The translations under genes were made by a program, and so were the position numbers. Under the pieces are notes generated by a model, which was given only the letters and a program-made list of their open reading frames with translations, did no database searches and was not told the origin of the DNA. DNA of 32,000 nt, taken from positions 520,064-552,063 of the forward strand of contig NZ_JHUX01000003.1 in NCBI RefSeq assembly GCF_000619845.1, written 5' to 3'. Of the stretch, positions 17,209 through 24,464 are shown in pieces (the stretch's first letter is position 1; each line of letters opens with the position of its first letter). Source of the DNA: Alkanindiges illinoisensis DSM 15370 (GTDB lineage: Bacteria; Pseudomonadota; Gammaproteobacteria; Pseudomonadales; Moraxellaceae).

Positions 17209-17958
17209 TTAAACGGCGATCTGGGTAATCTGGGTGTTCATCAGCAATGGCATGCGTGGCAAGGCGCTTTCCAGTTCTTCGGGTGTGCCAAGGCAGGTAA
17301 AATGCTGGCAGTTCAGGCACTGGATATAATGCCCATCTTCAATGGCACGGTTATACAGTGGGGCAATATAAAATTCGCCCTGTTCGGTGATGTCGTTCAT
17401 CAAGGAATGCTTGATGGAATATAACATCCATGCAGTATCAGAAAAATAATAGGTTCCGGTTGAGGCCAGCCGTGAAATAATTTTCTTTTCACGTACTTCC
17501 ACCACCCGGTCAGGCTGTTCATCATGGGTTCGGGCAAAACTCCAGCGTGCATCATTCAAGGCTGATTCAAACACCACCAATCCGCCAAACACATCATCAT
17601 CCGGCATGTCCATGCTCTGGAAAGCAGTATCGGCATTATGAATCAGGGTAGGCTGGGTTAAGTCCATCATGTCGCGCGCCAGATAAACGGTTTCTGCCTG
17701 ACCACGGGTAAGACTTTCCAGAATCTTGATTCGTGGTTCAAACATGCCATAGGTTTTGTTGATGTCTTCAATAATCTGGGCGGTAAAGGCATCTTCGCGC
17801 ACAATGAAAATCAGCCGTGAAGCATATTCCAGTGGTAGCGAATTGGTCGCCCACTGATACATGGGCTTGCCCTGTACATCAATCAGCGGCTTTGGAATCT
17901 GAAAACCTGCTTTACTAAAGCGGGAACCTGCACCTGCCATGGGAATAACAATATTCAT
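17209..17958 (-). CDS. NTP-transferase-fold protein (sugar/small-molecule-phosphate nucleotidyltransferase; BcbE-like 'GT2' annotation class)
   Basis: The N-terminal signature MNIVIPMAGAGSRFSKAGFQIPKPLIDVQGKPM is the G-x-G-x-R nucleotide-binding loop plus PKPL motif. The ORF extends to 18006, but ATG 17958 has an AAGGAG SD 6 nt upstream. Confidence 0.7.
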   Translation of the reverse strand: MNIVIPMAGAGSRFSKAGFQIPKPLIDVQGKPMYQWATNSLPLEYASRLIFIVREDAFTAQIIEDINKTYGMFEPRIKILESLTRGQAETVYLARDMMDLTQPTLIHNADTAFQSMDMPDDDVFGGLVVFESALNDARWSFARTHDEQPDRVVEVREKKIISRLASTGTYYFSDTAWMLYSIKHSLMNDITEQGEFYIAPLYNRAIEDGHYIQCLNCQHFTCLGTPEELESALPRMPLLMNTQITQIAV

Positions 17959-17998
17959 TTCAAGCTCCTTGATTCGGACAATATTTTTAAGCTGGAAC

Positions 17999-18505
17999 TC
18001 AGGCACTTTCAGTGACAGTGGCGCTAGGCATGCTAGCCATCGTCATGCATCCCGAGGAATCAGCATTGTTGTTGCATGTAATCTGGCAATCAGCCGTTGC
18101 ATGTATGCTGGTAGCATCAGTTTTAGCGGTAGCTTTGCCAGCATCATCGATCAGTAGCGCATTGAGCTGCTCAACCGAAATGTCATGCCAGTTGCCATTA
18201 AAACGATAGCCACGATCATCAATGTAAATATCCGCATTAGGTTTGCCAAACCAGATTTCATCGTATTCAATCTGGTGGTCTTCCAGCCATTGCAACAGGA
18301 TTTTTCCTTGTCTCGCAATGACCATGCCCACGTTGGCATCACAGGTTTTCATGTGCCGGGCAGTGGCTAAAATAATGTAATGTCCAGCCTGACGAAGCGC
18401 TTTAAGTTTTTCGACTGCACCGGGCAGCGGTTGTACTTCGGCATAGGTCTGGTTTTCCTGTCTGATCTCACAAAGCGTGCCATCAATATCAATACATAAG
18501 CGCAT
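17999..18505 (-). CDS. Small HAD-superfamily phosphatase ('capsule biosynthesis phosphatase'-like)
   Basis: HAD motif I is at the extreme N-terminus (MRLCIDIDGTLCE). Later motifs are ILATAR and GKPNADIYIDDRG. The C-terminal ~45 aa form a low-complexity tail. A GAGG SD precedes the ATG. Confidence 0.7.
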   Translation of the reverse strand: MRLCIDIDGTLCEIRQENQTYAEVQPLPGAVEKLKALRQAGHYIILATARHMKTCDANVGMVIARQGKILLQWLEDHQIEYDEIWFGKPNADIYIDDRGYRFNGNWHDISVEQLNALLIDDAGKATAKTDATSIHATADCQITCNNNADSSGCMTMASMPSATVTESA

Positions 18506-18521
18506 TTTTAACCTCTAGTTT

Positions 18522-20459
18522 TTATACTGAAATCACTGTTTCTATACTGTTTGGTTTGGCTGGTACAACCTTGGCCGGCCAGTCCTGCTCATATTCTGCT
18601 GTCGTGTGTTGTACCGGGCTATGTTCGGAGACACTGCTTTGCCGGGCCAGCAGGTTTTGAACTGGGTCTTGAATGCTGTCATAAACTGCATTAAGCAACT
18701 TGAGTCCGGTGAGCAAAAAAGCAATCTGGCGTTTAGGCTGGTCACGATGCAAGGGTAGCATGGTTAAAAACAGCAGGCTTTCCAGCAAAATCAGTTCATT
18801 TAAGGCATAGGCTGTTTGTGCCCTGATTTTGTCAAAGAAAAGATTTTGCAGTTTTTCCAGATAGTCTGACTGCGGCATGGTGAACTCAAAATTCAGGCTA
18901 TCCTGTTCCAGCCGGAACAAGTCATTGATAATAAAGTCATATCGGCCATGCACTGAATGCAGTACTTTGGCAAGGTCATAACGCGGGTCGCCCTGATTAA
19001 CTGAACCAATAAAATCACCACGTGGGTCAATCAACCGTAATACGCCGCTGCCCGGTTCAAACAAAATGTTGGAAAAACACAGGTCACCATGCACAAATCC
19101 TATTTCTACATTACTGCTGAGTTGCTGGATTTGTTCCATCAGCCATGGTTGAAGGGTGCTAAAGCCTTGCAGGGTCTGGCCGTTGAGGCAAATGGTTTTG
19201 GCATCAAGAATTTGTTCAAGTGCGGCACTGGTTTTTGCCTGTGCTAGCCGTGCATTTAGTTTTTGTGCATAAAACTGATTCAGGGCTTCACTGTCAATCA
19301 GCCGGGGTGCATCATTGCTGACATTAGCTTCAAGACAGGCATGAGCATCAAGGCTGCTTGTCTTGGTAAATTGCTGATGAATAAATAGCAGGCGCTCAAA
19401 AATGTCATCCCAGCTTTCAACAGGCAGGGCGTAGTACACAAAGTATTGCGACAAGGATTTATAAGGATAGTATTCCAGTGAATACCATGCGGTATCCTGT
19501 GTTGCGCCTGCATCATCAATACTGAAGCTGATACCGGAATCAATCAGTCGTGGAAAGTAAATTTGCAAGTGTGCAGGCAGACTCTGGTAAAAATGCACTT
19601 CCTGCTGTAGTTTTTTGACTTCACTGGATTGCTTGGTTACCACGCCCATTTTCTGGTCAATGGACACTTGGTTAAAACAGCGGCTTGCGACCATGCTGTC
19701 ATTATTGTTGTCTGCTAAAAGGCTATTGTCCTCAGGCTTGAGCAAAATCTCTTCACAGTGCTGGTTCACCTGCTGAAAGCAGCGCTGAATTCTGGAGCCA
19801 TGCGTCAGCGTAGTTGCTGTGCGCATTGCGCGGTAGCGATGGGCAAATCCTTTAATATCCAGCCAGAACCCTAGAGAATCTGAAGCCGCCACCGATGAGT
19901 TTTTATGGATTGGGTCAGTGGTGGAATCTGAAGTAGTGCTGCTGGTCTGGCTTTCCTTGACCCATACCAGCGGACAAGAATGATGCGGATCAATTTTTAA
20001 ATATTGCAATGGATTAAAGCTGCGACTCTGGATTTTTTGCACCCAGACAAAAGAGGGATTAACCGGATCATGCCGTAAAAAAATATTAGTGTAGTGTTGC
20101 AGATATTTTTCACCCTGCAAGGTCAGGCCGCCGCCCTGCTCAAAAAACCATGAATCCCTGACTTGCAGGCATTTAAACGTGCAAGCCGGATAGAGCGACT
20201 GTAACTGCTGGATTTGCTGTTTAACAATGCCGTCCACCTGAAACAGTGCAATCAGGAATTTTTTAAAGCCATGACCAATCAGGTTTTCAATCTGTGTGTA
20301 GATTAATGGCCTGCCTTTGCTCATTGACCATGCGGTTGAGTGACAATTGAGGCTGTTTAATTCTGCAAAATCCAGATGATGACTTTCAATCAGAATAGTC
20401 CAGTCAAAGACCACAGGAAATTTTTGGCAAAACATAGCCGCAGCAAGAGCCTGAGTCAT
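18522..20459 (-). CDS. Fusion protein: N-terminal domain of unclear function (possibly a degenerate NTP-transferase-like fold), Ser/Thr-rich linker, then a C-terminal APH/choline-kinase-like phosphotransferase domain
   Basis: 645 aa. The kinase catalytic loop is VHGDLCFSNILF (Brenner HxDxxxxN) followed by LRLIDPRGDF (metal-binding D). The N-terminal segment SKGRPLIYTQIENLIGHGFKKFLIAL resembles the core of NTP transferases, but the G-x-G-x-R loop is absent. The linker is SQTSSTTSDSTTD. Confidence 0.65.
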   Translation of the reverse strand: MTQALAAAMFCQKFPVVFDWTILIESHHLDFAELNSLNCHSTAWSMSKGRPLIYTQIENLIGHGFKKFLIALFQVDGIVKQQIQQLQSLYPACTFKCLQVRDSWFFEQGGGLTLQGEKYLQHYTNIFLRHDPVNPSFVWVQKIQSRSFNPLQYLKIDPHHSCPLVWVKESQTSSTTSDSTTDPIHKNSSVAASDSLGFWLDIKGFAHRYRAMRTATTLTHGSRIQRCFQQVNQHCEEILLKPEDNSLLADNNNDSMVASRCFNQVSIDQKMGVVTKQSSEVKKLQQEVHFYQSLPAHLQIYFPRLIDSGISFSIDDAGATQDTAWYSLEYYPYKSLSQYFVYYALPVESWDDIFERLLFIHQQFTKTSSLDAHACLEANVSNDAPRLIDSEALNQFYAQKLNARLAQAKTSAALEQILDAKTICLNGQTLQGFSTLQPWLMEQIQQLSSNVEIGFVHGDLCFSNILFEPGSGVLRLIDPRGDFIGSVNQGDPRYDLAKVLHSVHGRYDFIINDLFRLEQDSLNFEFTMPQSDYLEKLQNLFFDKIRAQTAYALNELILLESLLFLTMLPLHRDQPKRQIAFLLTGLKLLNAVYDSIQDPVQNLLARQSSVSEHSPVQHTTAEYEQDWPAKVVPAKPNSIETVISV

Positions 20460-20750
20460 TTATCATTGCCTCGTTTTTAAAATCAAACTGCCACAAGCAG
20501 AATCAAAATTGTTTTATTAAGTCTGTGTGTTGGAGCATTGATTAAAGGCGATAAGTAATGTGGCTGTCGTTTTACGTTTTGTGTGGAAACACGAACAATT
20601 TGTAGCCATTGTTACGCGCCCGACGGGTTTTGAGCGAGTTTGAACAGCTTTATAGCGACGTTTGACTAATTAGTTTTTATTTAATAATGGCTTAAAAAAG
20701 CTGGAAGCCTTAACAAAAATGTCATCCTGGAATGTGATGTATCACACATT

Positions 20751-21722
20751 TTACTGAGCCTCAGGATTTTGCTTGCGATACTGACTGGGTGAGTAACCAT
20801 GAAACCGCTTAAAGGCCTGACTAAACGAGGTTTCTGAGGCGTAACCTACTTTTTCAGCAATGCGGGCAATACTCTGCTGGTTGTTATAAATCTGGCTTTC
20901 ACGCAAATGCCATGCTGCCAGACGCAAGCGGTGAGCAGCGAGATAGGCCAGTGGGGTATCACCCATTGTACTGCTAAAGCGTTCGGCAAAAGCAGAGCGT
21001 GACATGCAGGCAAGGCTGGCCAGATCAGCAACAGTCCACGGCTTTTCGGGTTCTGCGTGAATGGCACTCAGTACTGGTGCCAGTTGCGGGTCACGTAAAG
21101 CGGTTAGCCAGTTTTCTGATCCTTCCGGTAACTGTTCAATATGGTCACGCACACATTCAATCAGCAGCATACCCACCAGCCGGTTGAGCAGGGTATCGCG
21201 TCCGGGACGGCTGCGTTCGGCTTCCAGTGCCAAAAATTGTAGGCCAATTTGTAACCATGGTGGCGCGCCTGTGCCCATGGCATTCGTAATCGTCATTACA
21301 ACGGGCAGGGAGCTAAGCAATGGACGCGCCATTTCCACATCCAGCAGACAGCGAATACTGAGCATGAGGGTTTGTCCGCGGCCACTATCACCCAGATGGA
21401 CAGGATCATTGCGGTGGCCATTAAACTCTGGATACAGGTCATGCGGCTTAATGTGCGCAGCATTGACACTACAGCCATAAACATGATGTTTCTTGCCGGT
21501 GGGAATAATGACAATATCGCCGCCCTGAATGGCCTGCGCTGCGGGTGCTGTTGAAGAGGTCTGTGGATCAATATGTAGCATGGCATGGCCAAACAGCATG
21601 ATATGAAAAACAAATTCGCCTTGTGTGTCCAGACAAAAATGCCAGTCGTTGCGTCCCGAAATATACAGATATTCGGCACCGCGCATGTGTATATCATCCA
21701 GAATCTTACTTAAGGCATCCAT
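20751..21722 (-). CDS. alkR: AraC/XylS-family regulator with N-terminal cupin domain, divergent from the alkane hydroxylase gene (AlkR-like)
   Basis: 323 aa. The C-terminal HTH pair includes ADLASLACMSRSAFAERF and IARIAEKVGYASETSFSQAFKRFHGYSPSQYR. The position and orientation relative to the AlkB-type gene match the Acinetobacter alkR/alkM arrangement. Confidence 0.75.
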   Translation of the reverse strand: MDALSKILDDIHMRGAEYLYISGRNDWHFCLDTQGEFVFHIMLFGHAMLHIDPQTSSTAPAAQAIQGGDIVIIPTGKKHHVYGCSVNAAHIKPHDLYPEFNGHRNDPVHLGDSGRGQTLMLSIRCLLDVEMARPLLSSLPVVMTITNAMGTGAPPWLQIGLQFLALEAERSRPGRDTLLNRLVGMLLIECVRDHIEQLPEGSENWLTALRDPQLAPVLSAIHAEPEKPWTVADLASLACMSRSAFAERFSSTMGDTPLAYLAAHRLRLAAWHLRESQIYNNQQSIARIAEKVGYASETSFSQAFKRFHGYSPSQYRKQNPEAQ

Positions 21723-21802
21723 GACTGGCTCTGCTATGCAATGTTTTGGTTTTTAACACAAATGATGTCAAAAGCGTCTGCAATAGATTTTTTGGACGAT
21801 CA

Positions 21803-21827
21803 CCACTGGTAGTTATTCTACCATTGG
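21803..21827. promoter_or_regulatory. Inverted repeat in the alkR-alkM intergenic region (candidate regulator operator)
   Basis: CCACTGGTAG-ttatt-CTACCATTGG. Nine of ten arm positions are complementary. Confidence 0.35.
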
Positions 21828-21839
21828 TCAATGATAAGG

Positions 21840-21854
21840 TCATAGAGTCTATGA
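21840..21854. promoter_or_regulatory. Perfect 15-bp palindrome just upstream of the alkM ribosome-binding site
   Basis: TCATAGA-G-TCTATGA, ending 18 nt before ATG 21873. GGTCA is also repeated at 21826 and 21838. Confidence 0.35.
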
Positions 21855-21872
21855 TTGCCGGAGTGAAGTTTC

Positions 21873-23105
21873 ATGAACGCCAACACCCCGATGGCCTTGC
21901 TTAAACAACGAGCCACTGAAAAAGCCAAACATAAAGATCCCAAGCGCTATTTGTGGCTGTTAAGCCCTGCCTTGCCCATGATTGGTCTGGGCGCTGCAAC
22001 AGGTTATGCCATTGCTCCCAAAAAGCTGCGTGCCTTGTCCGCACTCGGGCCAATCATGCTGCATGGGGTTATTCCGCTGATTGACAAACTGGTGGGTGCT
22101 GATGCTGAAAACCATCCGGAAGAAGCCATCAAGGAGCTGGAAAACGATCCGTATTATATGCGTATCGTTAAAGCTTATATTCCAGCCCAGTATCTGGCTA
22201 CAGTGGTGGGTGCCTATGCAGCCAGCCGCAAGGGAACACCATTAATTGACCAGATTATTCTTGGGATGTCAGTGGGTGCCGTCAATGGCATTGCCCTAAA
22301 CACAGCGCATGAGCTGAGCCATAAGTCTGAAAAATTCTATCATTATTTATCACATCTGGCGCTGCTACCTACGGGTTATATCCATTTTCGGGTAGAACAT
22401 CCGTATGGCCATCATCGCCGTGTGGCAACTCCTGAAGATCCGGCATCGTCACAAATGGGTGAAAGCTTTTGGCAATTCTGGCCACGCACCGTCGTTGGAA
22501 GCTTCAAGTCTGCCATCGAAATCGAAACCCGACGTTTAGAGCGTAAAGGCAAGCAATTCTGGTGTCTGGACAATGAACTGATTCAAGGCTGGGCCATGTC
22601 TGCGGCATTTCATGCCACGATGATTGCGGTGTTTGGCCGTCGGGTAATTCCATATATGCTAACTCAGGCCGTCTATGGGTTTACCCTGTTTGAGGTGATT
22701 AACTATCTTGAACATTATGGTTTAAAGCGCGAGCAATTAGCTGATGGCAAGTACGTGCGCACCATGCCGGAACACAGCTGGAACAGCAACAGCATGGTGA
22801 CCAACCTGTTCTTGTACCAGTTGCAGCGTCATTCTGACCATCATGCCTATCCAACCCGTGCTTTCCAGGCCTTGCGTCATTTTGAAGATGTGCCACAATT
22901 GCCAGCAGGCTATTCTTCATTATTGCTGCCAGCCATCATTCCACAGTGGTGGTTTAAATTAATGGATCAGCGCGTGGTGGATCACTATAAAGGTGACTTG
23001 AACAAGGCCAATGTGCATCCCAAAGCCCGTGCCCGCCTGTTTGCCAAATATGGCGTGGTGGATCAGCTTTTGAATAAAGTCAGTAAGCTGGCCGAAACTG
23101 ATTAA
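21873..23105 (+). CDS. alkM: Alkane 1-monooxygenase (integral-membrane di-iron AlkB family)
   Basis: 410 aa. All AlkB histidine boxes are present: HELSHK, EHPYGHHRRVATPED, NYLEHYGL and LQRHSDHHAYP. The N-terminal part contains hydrophobic helices. Confidence 0.9.
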   Translation: MNANTPMALLKQRATEKAKHKDPKRYLWLLSPALPMIGLGAATGYAIAPKKLRALSALGPIMLHGVIPLIDKLVGADAENHPEEAIKELENDPYYMRIVKAYIPAQYLATVVGAYAASRKGTPLIDQIILGMSVGAVNGIALNTAHELSHKSEKFYHYLSHLALLPTGYIHFRVEHPYGHHRRVATPEDPASSQMGESFWQFWPRTVVGSFKSAIEIETRRLERKGKQFWCLDNELIQGWAMSAAFHATMIAVFGRRVIPYMLTQAVYGFTLFEVINYLEHYGLKREQLADGKYVRTMPEHSWNSNSMVTNLFLYQLQRHSDHHAYPTRAFQALRHFEDVPQLPAGYSSLLLPAIIPQWWFKLMDQRVVDHYKGDLNKANVHPKARARLFAKYGVVDQLLNKVSKLAETD

Positions 23106-23148
23106 ACCGCTTGTGCAAAAGTTGTTGTTGCTGTAGCTGTAACCTGCG

Positions 23149-23173
23149 ACCCGTCAATTGACGGGTTTTTTTA
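23149..23173 (+). terminator. Rho-independent terminator after alkM
   Basis: ACCCGTC-aatt-GACGGGT followed by TTTTTTTAT. Confidence 0.8.
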
Positions 23174-23240
23174 TAGCCTGATTTTTGTTAAGGTCACTGT
23201 TGAAAACAACGAAAACAAGTAATTTCAACGGAGTAAAATA

Positions 23241-24137
23241 ATGGAATCAAATATCATTGTGCAGTTGCTGCCAGCTGCACTGGCCATCGTCATGATGGGT
23301 CTGGGATTGGAACTGCGCATCAGTGACTTTACCCGGGTCGCACAGCATCCAAAAGCTGTTATCACTGCCTTGGTCTGCCAGCTATTTATCCTGACTGGGC
23401 TTGCCTTTGTACTAACCCAATTGCTGGATTTGCCACCCTTGCTGGCTGTTGGCATGATGTTGCTGGCTGCATCCCCGGGTGGTGTTACCGCCAACCTGTA
23501 TAGTTTTCTGTTCCGTGGCGATGTGGCCCTAAATATCACCCTGACAGCCATTAACTCCATATTGGCAGCCTTTACCCTGCCGTTGATTGTTAACTGGGCC
23601 AGCCGTTATTTCCTTAATAGCGATGAGCAGCTTAGCTTGCAGTTTTCCAAGGTTTTGCAGGTGTTTGCCATTGTCATTGTGCCGGTTGCCATTGGCATGG
23701 TGGTGCGCCATTATGCGCCTAATTTTGCTAGGCGCATGGATAAGCCAGTAAGGGTTTTCTCCGTGGTTTTGCTGGCACTACTCATACTGGGTGCATTGTT
23801 TCAGGAAAAAGACCATGTGGTTGAGTATCTGGTGCAGGTGGGTACAGCAACCTCATTGTTTTGCATTCTTAGCCTGTGTGTGGGCTATGTGGTTCCACGT
23901 CTGCTGGGAATTACCGAAGCTCAGGCGCGTGCCAGCGCCTTTGAAATCGGTATCCATAATGGCACGCTTGCATTAACGATTGCGCTTAGCTTGATGAATA
24001 ACATGACTGTCGCTATTCCTGCTGCGGTCTATTCCATGTTTATGTTTATTTATGCGGCAATATTTGGCTTGATTATTAGCAAGGGCAAATTTAACAAAAC
24101 AGTTCCTGTGCCAACCACTTCAATGCATAAATCCTGA
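23241..24137 (+). CDS. Bile acid:sodium symporter (BASS/SBF) family transporter
   Basis: 298 aa, polytopic. The N-terminal LPAALAIVMMGLGLELRISDF and the internal SPGGVTANLY motif are typical of SBF-like transporters. Confidence 0.75.
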   Translation: MESNIIVQLLPAALAIVMMGLGLELRISDFTRVAQHPKAVITALVCQLFILTGLAFVLTQLLDLPPLLAVGMMLLAASPGGVTANLYSFLFRGDVALNITLTAINSILAAFTLPLIVNWASRYFLNSDEQLSLQFSKVLQVFAIVIVPVAIGMVVRHYAPNFARRMDKPVRVFSVVLLALLILGALFQEKDHVVEYLVQVGTATSLFCILSLCVGYVVPRLLGITEAQARASAFEIGIHNGTLALTIALSLMNNMTVAIPAAVYSMFMFIYAAIFGLIISKGKFNKTVPVPTTSMHKS

Positions 24138-24168
24138 TGGGTAAATCATATTAAAGAGTAATTAAATC

Positions 24169-24200
24169 AAGCCTGCTTAAGTTCAGCAGGCTTTTTATTT
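24169..24200 (+). terminator. Rho-independent terminator
   Basis: AAGCCTGCT-taagttc-AGCAGGCTT followed by TTTATTTT. Confidence 0.8.
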
Positions 24201-24464
24201 TAATAAATGGCAGTAGATGCTACAGATTAAAAGAAATTAATAAAGCAAGCAGAGCATTCAATAAGCTTATAGACAGTAATGCAATACTACTGATCACTGA
24301 AGTCCAGCATAGTCCAAAATAAATTCCGGTAACTGGAATATTTTTAAGCGGTCAAGCATGGTTGTTGCAAGCAATTAGCTGAAAATAGATCTTTAACTAT
24401 CACTATGGCGAATGACAAAAGTAGACTATAATTGCCGCCTGTTTTTTAGCCTGTAGACATCAAG

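Noticed and set aside
20733-20746. TGTGAT-GT-ATCACA looked like a CRP/Vfr-type site.
   Set aside because: The CRP consensus is TGTGA-N6-TCACA, and here the half-sites are separated by only 4 nt. I keep it only as an unexplained palindrome.
21061-21697. 139-aa plus-strand and 133-aa minus-strand alternative ORFs inside alkR.
   Set aside because: They are nested in the AraC-family reading frame, which has a clear HTH domain. They have no independent signals.
24138-24464. Possible replication origin, because oriC lies next to gidA/mnmG in some gammaproteobacteria and this is a 327-nt AT-rich gap.
   Set aside because: I found no TTATCCACA-like DnaA boxes, no cluster of GATC sites (only about two) and no 13-mer AT-rich repeats. 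It looks like an ordinary terminator plus promoter region.
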